DNA from: Paraspadella gotoi
Taxonomy: Eukaryota > Animalia > Chaetognatha
Assembly: GCA_051294375.1 (NCBI GenBank)
Contig: CM119271.1
Coordinates: 13,451,515 to 13,515,514 of the forward strand
Direction of reading: 5' to 3'
DNA length: 64,000 bases
Shown: positions 11,785 through 24,937 of the stretch, piece after piece
Numbering within the stretch: position 1 is the first letter of the stretch
Layout of the letters: every line of letters begins with the position of its first letter
Translations under genes and position numbers: made by a program
The notes under the pieces: model-generated
Told to the model about the DNA's origin: nothing
Database searches by the model: none
The model's input: only the letters and a program-made list of their open reading frames with translations

Positions 11785-13412
11785 NNNNNNNNNNNNNNNN
11801 NNNNNNNNNNNNNNNNNNNNNNNNNNNNNNNNNNNNNNNNNNNNNNNNNNNNNNNNNNNNNNNNNNNNNNNNNNNNNNNNNNNNNNNNNNNNNNNNNNNN
11901 NNNNNNGAAAAGAAAAGATGACATTGATAAAGTAAAGCGAAAAAAAGAAAATGACGATGAAGATGTCGGGAACTCGTTTCATTAAAAAGATTATGACAGT
12001 AATAGATGACAATAATAGCCAAGACGACGACGATGACGGTAAAGATGACACAGAAGATGACATTGTCGTCGATCCTAACGGTAATTCTGACAAAGAGGTT
12101 GACGAAGTAGCTTAAATGCCGAATAAGAATGACAAAGACGCTTAAATAGACATAAGGATGACAAAAACGCTTAAATGAACGATAAAGAGAACACAAAAAA
12201 GAACAAGACGCTCACTTATGTTGCCGTTTTTCTTCCGTGAAGCAAAAAAGACTCAATCTACTTATTTTTTGATTTTTTTTTCTACCGGCAAAAAATGTAT
12301 GTGTATTATTTTTCAAGTAGTCGTTTTTTTGTTTAAAAAAAGACTTTTTCATAATTTTCTCTTCATTTTGGTTATTTTGGTGGAAAAATAAATTCGGAGA
12401 TCGTTAGTATTTTCCAGCTTGTATTTTAGAGTATGTTTGATAAACGTTATAGGATTCGTTTGCAAAAATACTAAAAAGGAAGAAAAAAAGATTTATATTA
12501 GATTATTAGACAACAAAATATAAATCCTAAAAAAGAAGAGAAAAAAATATTGAAGTGAAATAAAGAAACAATAAAAACTAATAAAAGGAAAAAAAGATGA
12601 AAGTTTCAATGAAAGAATATGACCATCCGTTGCTTAGCGAAGCTTTCGTTTCGCGTCTCTTCGCCTAAATTTTCCAAATTTAAATTTCTGAATACAATTT
12701 GTTGCCGGATATAAAGTTTTTTTGTTTTTTTTTGTTCCGGAAGTAATTCCACTTATTTAACACTTGTTAAGATCTGTTGTTAACACTTTTAAATAGACTA
12801 CTGGGGAAGATAATGAAATTCAGGGAAAAATTGAAAAAGAGAAAAGAGAAAATAAGAAAAAAGATGAGCAAGAGGAGGAGATGAAAGTAAAAAAGGTACG
12901 AAAGTGGAGGAACCATTTTCGCCTCCAAAAAACGACTTCGCGATTGTTGCGGCAAATTGCAGCAAATTGCTACAGAAACGCGCACCTCATCTTTGCCTCA
13001 TTTGTCTCCATCATTTTTAAGCCAAAACAAATGCGTCACTTTAAAATCTTCCGACTGAGCTTTTTGCTGCCTCCTTTAACGAATCGCTTCTCGCAACATT
13101 CATTTGAAAAAAAAAGTTAATATGCAAATGAGGTTTTAAAGCGAGGCTTGGTTAAAAAAAGCAAAGGATCAATGCTATTTAATTAAATTTCAATTTCTAG
13201 TTTGTCAGCATCAAATGAAAGCAGCCTATTAAGTCGTCACCACCATTAGCTCATCATCAGCATCACTTCTACATCAACTAGACTCCAGCCGGGGAGATCA
13301 ATTCTCCAGCATCGCGTCTCTCTCTCTCTCTAGTCTCCCGCGTCGCGACTTGAAAGCGTGAAGCGTGATGGGGACAGTGATTTACCTGAGTCGTTTTTTG
13401 AGTCTGAGAATG

Positions 13413-13456
<44 letters not shown>

Positions 13457-13470
13457 GAGAGAATGAGAGA

Positions 13471-13503
<33 letters not shown>

Positions 13504-14253
13504 GGACAGAGTTCAAAGGTCGGGTCCTCAGAACCGTGACTGACTTTAAGTGCGAAATTTTGCGAAGGAGAACGAAAGTTGGTGTTTGACCCTCGAAGCA
13601 GCGAAACTCGACGTGGGGAAAAATGTGATATTATGATATTTTCACAGTGTGATTTTGTGATTTCGAGAATTGTCAAGTTGTGGTTTTGTGATTTTGTGAT
13701 TTTACGAGCGTTTTATTTTGTGATTTTATGATTTGGTTATTTTGTAATTTGGTGATTTTATGGGGAAAAAAGGGAAAGGTGAGAGATAGAAAGAAATTGA
13801 ATCAAATATTTGGTGTCGATAGGAATAGGATTGAAATAGAGTAAAATTTAATCGGTATCACTCTCTCTCTCTCTCTCTCTCTCTNNNNNNNNNNNNNNNN
13901 NNNNNNNNNNNNNNNNNNNNNNNNNNNNNNNNNNNNNNNNNNNNNNNNNNNNNNNNNNNNNNNNNNNNNNNNNNNNNNNNNNNNNNNNNNNNNNNNNNNN
14001 NNNTCTCTCTCTCTCTCTCTCTATGGCGCCTTCCTTTGAAGTCGACGCTGAAAATTGTTCTCATAATTTAGCAATAAAAAGAAGAAGAGAGACAATAAAA
14101 GAGCAAATATAGAAAATAAAAAATAAAATAAAAAAGTAGAGTCACAAATATTGAAATTGTATATAATTTCGATAAAAAAATTTGAATTTGGATTTTAAAG
14201 ATCCCACATCGAATTTACAAATTCCAGGGTGTGTGTATGTTTCTTCAACAAAT

Positions 14254-14470
14254 ATTTATGAAATTGGTACAACCAATATAAAAATTATCCATTCATTTAA
14301 TAATAAGCTATCTTGCCCCTGACTTTGGACAGGCCTTTGGTGGTTTAAGGCCTCCATCACTCTTACAAGATAATTACGTAGCAGGTCCCTGCAAGCTTTC
14401 AATCAAGACTCTCTCACAGTCTGTTTATTCACTCCCAGAGTACTGGCTTCCCATATCAATGAAGTGGAAA
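14254..14470 (-). mobile_element. dispersed repeat family A, full-length copy
   Basis: Runs TTTATGAAATTGGTACAACCAAT to ATCAATGAAGTGG. Duplicated noisily at 21198-21398. Confidence 0.85.
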
Positions 14471-14967
14471 TATTTCAAAGAATGTTTATATTTTTTTTCG
14501 GTTTTTTTTTTTTTCTTAATTTAACTTTTTGCCTTTTTTAATTTTCTAGAGTTGTTATTATTTTCTTTTAGACTAACTTTAAAATCGGTTTTTGTACTGT
14601 CTCTCTCTTTCTACCTTTTCCTCTCTCTTTATTCTGTCTCTCTGTCTTTCTGTCTTTATTTTGTCCACCATATCCTTTTTTTTCTCTAAAAAGTAACAAG
14701 TTTCTTCGAGCAAAATGAAAATATTAACGCGGTAAACTTTCAAACGTCATCTCACAAACAGAGAGAGAAGAGACAGACAGACGGGAGACTGATGACGGAG
14801 CAAGCGTCTACTTTCACACAAAAACATTCGCCTCTCAATTTTAATATCCAGAGCAAAAAAAAAAACTTTTTAGACGAGGAGTCGACAAAAAGAAAAACGT
14901 GATTTTTTGAAATTTTCAAAATCCGATGACAAATTAATTTAAATTTTTTTTTTGTGAACAAATATAA

Positions 14968-15079
14968 GAGCAGACTTTCCTTATTTAGGACAAAAGACGG
15001 ACAGACAGAAAGACAGTCTTCCTTATTTAGGAAAAAGACGACAGACAAATAGACTTACCTTATTTAGAAACCTAAAAAT
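14968..15079 (-). repeat. triple CTT.CCTTATTTAG.A motif with GACA/GACG tracts; possible 5' end of a second HINE-like family
   Basis: The minus strand begins TTTTTAGGTTTCTAAATAAGGTAAGTCTA (imperfect palindrome), then TGTCTGTC. The motif recurs at ~14972, 15016 and 15051. No matching 3' end found. Confidence 0.4.
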
Positions 15080-15124
15080 AACCCTCGTACACAAACATAC
15101 TAAAAAATTTCCTCCGGGTAGTTT

Positions 15125-15410
15125 TGGGCTTTTATTCCCAGAACGGCCCATTTCATCTAAAATTCGCAATTAGGTTAATTTTTTTAGTTAAAGATTAAGA
15201 AGTAGGTTCGGGTTAGGGTAAGGTTAGTGATTGAGGTAAGGGATTAAGATAGTTATTACGGTTAGGGATTACGGTTAAGGGATAGAGTTAAGGGTTAAGA
15301 GAAAAGGCTAACATTAGAGTATAAGGGGTTAATGGTTTAAAGTTACATAATTAAGGATTGGGTTATCAGTTTTAAAAAATATGTTCAGGTTAAATATTAG
15401 GGTTAAAAAA
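15125..15410 (+). repeat. degenerate telomere-like (TTAGGG/TTAAGG) tract with a conserved leader
   Basis: GGTTAGGG/GGTTAAGG-rich stretch preceded by TTCCCAGAAC..CC.TTTCATCT. The same leader precedes a short tract at 905-965. Duplicated at ~24385-24635. Confidence 0.65.
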
Positions 15411-15696
15411 AGTCATAGTTTCCTTGGTACCATTTCCAAAAAAAAAACTCTCCAGTCTCCCCTATTAATACATTTTTTTAATTTTTAGACACAAATTTAG
15501 GATTACCCACTCCCAAGGTATATTTTTTCCCCTCGCCTTTTAATGCACAGTTGGCTAATTGAAGTCTCTATTCAGCCACACAGCGATTTTCTCGATGGGA
15601 GATGAATCGCTTTTGGATTAAAGTCACTGGTTTTTATATAAAACGGAGAGAGAAAGTTGATTAACGACTGTGTTCAATCCACTCAGGAGGAAAAAG

Positions 15697-15737
<41 letters not shown>

Positions 15738-16310
15738 AAATTACAAATAAAATATGAGAGTAATTGAGGGAAAAGAGACTGGAAATTAAATCTTCTTCAA
15801 CTCGTAATATATCTTTTCTCTTCTCTCTCTCTATCTCTCTCCCTCCTCTCTCTCTCTTGTTCCGTCGAACCTCTCTGTCTCACACAGCCTTTTCATCTCA
15901 CTCTCCCTCTTTTCTCTCGTATTTGTCTCCGTTTTTTTTTTATCCCGACGCAGATTAAATATTGTGTGAAGAGTCGAATTTCTTTTCAAACGCATTGGCT
16001 TTCAAATTCACGAGATTTTCAAAATCCCGGATGTGATAATTCGAGGTCCGATCGGAGTTGAATTGAAAGAGATTATCATTTTTTTTTTCGATTTATTTTT
16101 GCTCAAAAATTTAGCAAGAGATAGATAAATGTATAAATAACCTTTAAAAAAATATTGTTTTTGATAATTAAAGATAACAAACCAAATCTTATAAATAAAT
16201 TAAACTTCTACCAACCCTAACGTACTCGTACTTTTTCTTCCCCTCTCTCTCTTTTGTTCTGCACACAATCTTTGTTTTATTGCCCTGTTTTTTTTTTTTC
16301 TTTCAACACG

Positions 16311-16375
<65 letters not shown>

Positions 16376-16454
16376 TCTCTCTCTCTCTCTCTCTCTCTCT
16401 CCTCTCTCTCCTCTCTCTCTCTCTCTGTTTGGGTCGGTTTTAGTCCCAAAATAT

Positions 16455-19390
16455 GAAGACGCAATTGAATATTTAACAGGGACGTCGTGAAGGGACAAGG
16501 AGGGAACGGCGTTGAAAGCCTCCGGTTCTACAGGGAGATGGCATGGCGGGATTATGGCAGAGAGGGGAATGTGGCAGGGTGGGGATCTCGGCGGGGTGGT
16601 TAGAGTGGAGGATGAGGCATGGTAGGATTTTCGGCATAGCGGTTTAAAGGATTTAATGTAAGGGTTGAACAAGTATTGAACAATATTTGATTATTCAATC
16701 TCATTTGCATATTGCAGTATTTGGGATAGCTTGTGTTTTTAAGTCATCTTATGTTTAATTATTGGATTGTTGTTTGCTTCTATCTTGTTGGATTATTGTA
16801 ATAATAAATTGGAGTGTTTTGGATAGTAGGTAAGAATAATTGATACATAGTATTTTTTTATAATTACTAAAAGCAAGTAGGTCTTAGGTATGATGGAGGA
16901 ATTATGATGGATCAATGATGAATGATGATGGGTGAATGATGATAAATGATAAAGTATTATATCATAAAGTATTATGATGGATGAATAATGAATAATGATG
17001 AATGAATTATGAATTAATGTCGGGATGAGAATTCAGCATGGAGAGAGAAACGAGCAATATATCAGCGAGGGTCCACTCAATAAGTTGTCAAAAGCTGCAT
17101 TCGGTGTGTAAATGGAGTGTAAATGTAAATGTAAATGACTAAATGTAAATGCATTCGGTGTGTAAATGTAGGTGAACTCAAGTGAGTCACAGGGACATTC
17201 GATGGGAATCCAACGGTTGGTCGAAACTCATTTGGCCCCCCCCAGAAAAATTGGCTAAATGGGCATCGCTACTGGCGACATTCAATAAAAATGACCCAAA
17301 TGTAAGACATTACAATGAGCTCCTTCGGTCGAGAACGGATTTGTTGGCTGAATGCGATAGTCGGTCGGTCTCTTGTGAATCTTGTGAGACGCTCAGTCGC
17401 TCAGCGGTTGTGAATGCTAAAGTGAGCAATACGTATCAAATTTTGTATCGAAAATTACGACAATGTCAAGAGTATAAAAAAATTGAAACTCCACTTCATT
17501 GATAAGAAGCGGAGAAACTCGACCGAGAAAAGAGTCTTCATGAAAACTTTTCTGGGTCCTGTTATTTTATAATTTTGACAAAAAGGAGACTTTAAATCCA
17601 TGATAGCCTGTCCCAAAGTCTGGAGGCAAGCTATTGCTTATTTATAATATGTAAATATATCAGTTCTACCAATTTCATCGCATGAACCTCTTTGCCTCAT
17701 TAATATATCATAATTTCTCGCAGCAAGATTAAATCTCTCTCCAGCCGCGAATCGTTCGCCATCTGCGCCTTCTCCAGCCCCAGCAGCGAACGATCGATCT
17801 CTTTGCTGGAGTAAAAAAAAAAGATTTAGCGTCGCCAAAGTTTTTAGACGTCGTCGTCGTCTTCGTCGTCGTCGTCGTCGCTAAATTAGTCTGCGGATTT
17901 CGAATCGCGAGGGATTTTCGACTTTCGAGAAGAGCGCAGTTGAATATTTTAATAGGACTCGTGAAGGAAAGCCGAGGAACGGCGTTGAAAGCCTTCCGGT
18001 GTCGTACAGGGAGATGGATGCGGGATTATGCAGGAGGAATTGGCAGGGGTGGGGTTCGCGGGGGTTCGTAGAGTCGAGATGAGGGCATGGTAGGATTCGG
18101 GCGCATAGCGGATTTTAAGGATTAATGTAAGGCTTTGAACAAGTATTGACAATATTTGATTATGTCAATCTCATTGCATATTGCAGTATCTTTGGGATAG
18201 CTTGTGTTTTTAGATCATCTTATGGTTTATTATTGGATTGTTTGTCTTGCTTCATCGTTGTTGGATTATTGTATATAAATTGAGTGTTGGTGTGTTGAAT
18301 AATTGATATAGTATTTTTTATAATTTACTAAAGCAAGTAGCTTAGAGGTATTAATGATCATTGATGATGTTGGTATGCTATGAAAATTCTATATTATGAT
18401 GGATCAATGTATGAATGATATGTTATCGGTGAGAAGATGAAGAAACGAATTAGTATTATTAATGTCGGATTCATGATAATTCGGCATGGATCGGATGGAG
18501 AAACGAGCATATATCAGCGGAGGTCCATCAATAAAGTTGTCTCAAAAGCTGAATCGGTGTGTAACTGGACGTGTAAATGAATGTAAAGGACTAAATGTAA
18601 TGCATTTGGTGTGTAAAATGGTAGGTGAACATCAAGGTGATCGACAGGACATTTCGAATGGGAATTCAACGGTTAGGTTCGAAAATCAATTTGGCCCCCC
18701 CCCAGGATAAAATGGGTAAATGGGCATCGTACTGGCAACCATTCAATAAAAATGACCCAAATGTAAGCATTCACTGAGTTCCTTCGCGTCAGAACGGATT
18801 TTGTTGGCTGAATGCGATAGTCGTTCGGTCTCTTGGATCTTGTAGGACGGCTCAGTCGCCTCAGCGGTTGTGATGCTAAGTGAGGCAATAGATCAAATTT
18901 GTATCGAAAAATTTACGACATGTCAAGAGTATAAAAAAAATTGAACTCCTTCATTGTAAGAAGCGAGAGAAACTCGACCGAGAAAAGAGTCTTCATGAAA
19001 ACTTTTCTGGGTCCTGTTTATTTATCATTTGACAAAAGGAGACTTTAAAATCCAGATTAGCCTGTCCGCAAAGTCTGGCAGGCAGCTAATTGTTATTTAT
19101 ATATTAAACTTATCAGTCTACATATTTCATTCGCATTGAACCTCTTGGCCTCATTAAGTATCTATATTTCTCGCGCAGATTAAATTCTCGTCTCCAGCCG
19201 CGAATCGTTCCGCCATTGCGCCTTCTCCAGCCCCGCAGCGACGATCGATCTCTTTGCTGGACGTAAAGAAAAAAGATTTAGTGTCGCCAAAAGTTTTTTA
19301 GACGTGTCGTCGTCTTCGTCGTCGTGTCGTCGGCTAAATTAGTCTGGGATTTCGATCCGAGGATTTTCGAATTTCGAGAACGAAGCGAGA
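16455..19390. repeat. tandem duplication of ~1.47 kb (16455-17927 / 17928-19390), probably a gap-fill artefact
   Basis: Collinear throughout (e.g. GGAACGGCGTTGAAAGCCT at ~16503 and ~17976). Differences are mostly 1-2 nt indels, and the block ends ~100 bp before a 25-N gap. Confidence 0.9.
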
Positions 19391-19582
19391 GAAGACGAGC
19401 AGAAGGTACGGAGAGGAGGGAGGGGGGAGAAGGAGAGAGGAGGGGAGAGGAGGAGAGGAGCAGGATCGAGAAAAACTTTTCTCTTGGCTCCAGANNNNNN
19501 NNNNNNNNNNNNNNNNNNNGAGAGAGAGAGAGAGAGAGAGACGCATGAAAGTATAACGCTGTGGAAAAAAAGAAAGGCTGGG

Positions 19583-19757
19583 CGCTGCGTAGTTTCGGTT
19601 GCTTGACTTTGCATCGAATTGGCTGCTTGGTGCTGTATTGTTTAAGACTTGCTTGCCGCTGCGTTACTTCGGCTGCTTGTCTTAGCATCGAATAGGCTGC
19701 TTGGTGCTGTATTGAGGTGGCTGCTTGGCGTTGTTGAGCACTGCGTTATTTCGGTTA
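19583..19757. repeat. ~75-bp tandem repeat, 2 units plus a partial unit
   Basis: CTGCGT..TTCGG.TGCTTG...GCATCGAAT.GGCTGCTTGGTGCTGTATTG at ~19585 and ~19660, partial at 19741. Confidence 0.8.
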
Positions 19758-20939
19758 AATGAGGTTTCTATTATAGGTTTTCTTGCTTCTGTGTCGCGTT
19801 TTTTTTAGAAAAAAAATAACCTACCTAAAGTCAGGAGCAAGATACCTCATTCTGCGATTGAAAAAAAATATATATAAAATTTGTCTGAAAGAGAGAAATC
19901 ACAGTTAATTTCGTTACCTCAAAAAGTGTATGGCAGCTCTAAGAAAAAAAATTGAGTTAGTTTTTATTGAAAAAGAAGTTAAGAGGATAAAGCGCCAAAA
20001 AAAGCTGAATATTGGGCGCGAACTCTTTTATCTTAATTTTCGCAATAGCGGAACCATTGAGCCAAACTTTAAGGTAGCAAGGTTAATATTTGACTACAAT
20101 TCAGTTTTATCTTCAAGCCTCACGATTATTTAACCAAAAAGATAAAAATAACGACGCTAGTTTGATTTACCATTTTGACCTCTTTACGTTACCCGCCAAA
20201 CCGGGTTCCCAAGACGCCATGACCCAAGGTCAGTACATTTCAAAGTGCCCATCAAACTCAGCATCCAAAGAGTCTGGATCTATTTAGTTTTTGTTGTTTA
20301 CGGGATGTCATTTTTTTAATTTTCAATGATCCGCCAGATGGTATTGGCGTTCAGTTTGACCCAGATGGTAGAGTAGGTCGATGGTAAGGTAGGTCGACGG
20401 TGGATATCCTGCAGATGACATTCAGAGAATATTTGAACTTGGGAACGACCCTCCGTCTTGCGCTGCAATTTCCCTTGATGGCTGGGATTACAGCGGGAAG
20501 CCTTTTCTCGCCGAGATGTCTCAAAGATTGATATAATAATAATGTAATATAATATATTATATATGATGAATTAATTTATATCAATTCAATTTAACACGTA
20601 TTAAAATTGAATAACTTCGAAAAAGGTGAAAATTTACATTCTTGAATGAGTGAATTATGATAGCAGATTGTGAAAACCTTTATTAAAATTAAGTTATCGT
20701 ATTAAGGAACGGAAAAGGGGCGCTTTCAAAAAATAGCGCCAAAAAGAAGGGAAAAAAACCTCCGACGGCATCGATCATCATTTTCCTCCAAATTTTTCTT
20801 TCTTTTTTTTTTTCTTTTTTTCTTTTTATTTCCGCGTTATTTTCGTTTTCGGCCTCAAGAGCGACTTTGTTTTTTCCGCCCTTGTTTCGGCGTCGTTGTT
20901 TTGTNNNNNNNNNNNNNNNNNNNNNNNNNTCGGTCCCCT

Positions 20940-23900
20940 CTCTTCTCTCTCCTCTCTCTCTCTCTCTCTCTCCTCTCTCTCCTCTATGGCGCCTTCCTTT
21001 GAAGTCTACGCTGAAAATTGTTTCTATTTAAGCCAATAAAAGAAGAAGAGAGACATAAAGAGCAAATATAGGAAAATAAAAAATAAAAAAAAAAGAAGTC
21101 ACAAATATTGAAATTGTATACTAATTTCGATAAAAATTGAATTGGATTTAAAGATCCCAAATCGAATTACAAATTCAGGTGTGTGATTTCTTCACAAAAT
21201 ATTTGAAATTGGTACAACCAATATAAAAATATCATTCATTTTAATAAGCTATCTTGCCCTGACTTTGGACAGGTTTGGTGTTTAAGCCTCCTCACTCTTA
21301 CAGATAATACATTAGCAGTCCTGCAGCTTTCAATCCAAGACTCTCTCACATCTGTTTCTTCACCCAGAGTACCTGGCTTCCCTATCAATGAAGTAGAAAA
21401 TATTCAAAGAATGTTTATATTTTTTTCGGTTTTTTTTTTTCTTATTTAACTTTTTTGCCTTTTTATTTAGAGTTGTATTATTATCGATCTGGCTACAGCA
21501 ATCCCGACCCTAACTCACTTTTATAACTCCTTTTCGGTCCGTCGTTCCGCCCCCTCAATATTGTCGGGCACACACTATATCAATGTCAGACATCAAATAT
21601 GATAATTATGCAAAAAATGATGTCCGTCCGTCCTCGTCCCTCCGTCCTCCGTCCGTCCGTCGCCGTCCACCTTAGCAAAAACACCAATTACTCGTATTGG
21701 ATGGATGATTTAAATGAAATTGTGTGGATAGTAAGGTGTTATTGAGCTGGATATTAAGTTCGATGGAACGTCCGATGGAATGAGTTAATGAAAAACAAAA
21801 AATATATTCATATTTGAACCCTTGCTCTGAGTGAAGGATATGACCTGGAATTTTGTATGTGGTAGAAGTGTGTGATTGACAGGACATCAAGTTTCGATGG
21901 AAAGTTGGATGGAAAGAGTTTAAATGAAAAAAACAAAAACCTGTTTTTATATTGATTATGCTTCTTTTCCTTTTATATAAATGTATCTGCGGATGTTAAA
22001 TAAATCATAATTAAATCAGTTTAATTTAATCAATTAATAAATAATTAATCATAATTAATTAATTTCATCAAATCCGTCCCGCCATCTTACAAAACTCCAT
22101 ATCGTGATTGGCTGGTGGATTGGAATAAATTGTGTGGGGTAGGAAAGTGTGTGATTAAAGCGGATATAAAATTCGATGGAACAAGCGTGTGTGTGGATTA
22201 GTTTAAATGGAAAAACATAAGTCGATTACTAAAATCTTTAACTTTTTTAACCATAAATACTCATTATCATTTGGATGATAGATTGATTAATTTTGTGTTG
22301 GGTAGAAAACGTATGACGAAAGCTTGATATATCTCAGTGGAAACTACCAGTGAAAATGAGTTAAATAACAAAAATAGAGTCATTAACTTGAACTTTTTAT
22401 TTTTTACCCAGTAGATTGAGATGAAATTTGTGAGCCGTAGAAAGTGAGTGAAGAAGCAGATATAAAGTTTGACGGATGCAAGTTGACAATAATGCAATTT
22501 GAAAATGATGCAAGTTAAAAATCTTAAGCATAAGATCGTCCTATTGCATAGAAGAGAGAGAGAGAAGAAAGAGAAGTGAGAGAGAAAGAGAGAGAGAGAG
22601 AGGTGGCGGAGAGAGAGAAGAGAGACATAAAAAAAAATATCTTAAGACTCAGTCGAGCAGGCCCATATATAGAAATTATGAAAAAAACCGGGGAAAAAAC
22701 GATGATCATGCGATTCGAATGTATGTACTAGTAATTGATTGAGGTAATATATTGATTGATGTATAGAATTTATGATGTAATGGATTGCTATGATGTCTTG
22801 TATCTTATTGATCGATGTCAGTCATCACTGCTATGATAGTCATCAGTGATGCGATATTGTCATCATGATTCGATATGTCATTCATTGATGCGATGATAGC
22901 ATAAAACAAACCAAATGCGTGTATGAGGGTATGAGTGAAGAGAGAAGGATAGAAAGGAAAAGAGAGAAGAGAAGAGAGAGAGGAGAGAGAGAAGAAGGAT
23001 AATCCGATCTCGGATGAAATTGGATTTTGTATGAAAAAGCGCGATAAATGGCATTAAAAGTTTTTAGAAGGAAAAAAAATAATCGATTTTCAAAAAAACA
23101 AACGATACGCAAAATCGACAATGGACAGACCACACAGGACAGAGAAGCAAGAGGAGAGAGAAAAGAGAGAGAAGGGACAGCGCTGCAGAGAAAAAGAGAA
23201 GAAAGAGCGATATTAAAATTAAAGAAAAGAGAGAGAAGCTTACCGCCCTTACGTTTAAGAATCAGCATCTATGCGCCGCCTAGCAGACTATTCTCTACCA
23301 AGGACCCGGGTTCGCGCCTGTTCGCGGCATCGTTTTACATTAGTGAACCCACATGTATATCTAAAAATTTTGTAAAAAGAGAGAGAGAAGAGAAGAGAGG
23401 AGAAGAACTGACAGCGCTGCCAGAGCCGGAACTCGTTTTTAGAAGAACAGTGACGAGAAAAAGTGAGAGAGAGAGCGACATATAATTAAAACGTTTTTTG
23501 TTTTGTAAAAAAACTAAACAAATACCAATATGATATGAAACATGAGAATTTTAAGATTTGATGATAGAGCATATATGAAATCAAACTCCCTATGATTCAC
23601 ACTTCAGAAGCCATGATTGCAAAAGCGAGACCGAAGCTAAACCGAAAAAATCTAACAGGACGGGCTTGCCGCCTGGCTCGATAATAGAGGTATTTGTTTG
23701 TTGATAAAATGTAAACAAAAATTTATAACTGCCTGACTCAATTTAAAGGACATCGATGATGAAACGAATATAAATTAAATTAATCTATTAATCATAATCT
23801 ATTATTAATTAATTAATTAATATCAATAATTAATTAATCGTAGCATATCGACATTGTTGCTCAAATTGTTTCTTTTAGACTAACTTTAAAACGTTTATAC

Positions 23901-24890
23901 TGTCTCCTCTTTCTACCTTTTCCTCTCTTTATTTCTGTCCTCTTGTCCTTCTGCTTTAATTTCTGTCCACCATATCCCTTTTTTCTCTAAAAGTAACAAG
24001 TTCTTCGAGCAAAGAAAATATTAACGCTAAAACTTTCAACGTCATATCACAAACGAGAGAGAGAGACAGACGACGACGGACGACAACGCTACTTTCCACA
24101 AAAACATTTCGCCCCAAATTTAATATCCAGAGCAAAAAAAAAATTTTTAGACGAGGATCGACCAAAAAGAAAAACGTGAATTTTTTAAATTTTCAAATCC
24201 GATGACAATTAATTAAAATTTTTTTTTTGTGAACATATTAAAGGCAGCTTTCCTATAGGACAAAAGACGGCAGAACAGATAGACAGTCTTCCTTATTTAG
24301 GATAAAAGACAGACCGACAAATAGACTTCCTTATTTAGAAACCTAAAATAACCTCGTACACAAACAACTAAAAAATTTCTCCGGTTTTTGGCCTTTTATT
24401 CCCAGAACGGCCCATTCATCTAAATCGCATTAGGTTATCTTTTTAGTTAAGATTTAGAAGTAGGTCGGGTTGGATAGGTTAGTGATGAGTAAGGGATTAA
24501 GATAGTTATTACGGTTAGGTTACGGTTAAGGATGGTTAAGGGTTAAAGAAAGGCTAACATTAGAGTAAGGTTAATGTTAAGTTAATAATTAAGGATTGGT
24601 TATCATTTAAAATATGTTCAGGTTAATATAGGGAAAAAAAATCCATAGTTTCTTGATCCATTCCTCTGTTAATCATTTTTTTAATTTTTAGACACAAATT
24701 GAGGATTACCACTCCAAGGTATAATTTTTCCCTCGCCTTTTAATACACAGTGGCTAATTGAAGTCTCTAATTCAGCCACACAGCGATTTTCTCCGATGGG
24801 AGATGAATCGCTTTGGATAAAGTCACTGGTTTCTATATAAACGGAGAGAGAAAGTTGATTAACGACTGTGTTCAATTCCATCGGAGGAAA

Positions 24891-24900
<10 letters not shown>
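20940..24900 (+). repeat. noisy second copy of 14004-15730, interrupted by a HINE
   Basis: 20940-21480 matches 14004-14560 and 23871-24900 matches 14565-15730. Differences are mainly single-base deletions. Confidence 0.9.
21481..23870 (+). mobile_element. 2.4-kb HINE-family insertion
   Basis: The 5' end TTATCGATCTGGCTACAGCAATCCCGAC, a (GTCC)n tract at 21620-21670, and the 3' end GCATATCGACATTGTTGCTCAAATTGTT are noisy versions of the ends of the 9635-10331 element. The insertion is absent at the homologous site 14561-14564. Confidence 0.75.

Positions 24901-24937
<37 letters not shown>

Noticed and set aside
10798-12196. 300-460 aa ORFs
   Set aside because: Open only because they cross N gaps; likewise 3343-4118, 8267-8662 and 27812-28978.
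17182-17502. 106-aa ORF with ordinary composition
   Set aside because: No recognisable domain, and the frame is not kept in the duplicate at ~18630-18950.
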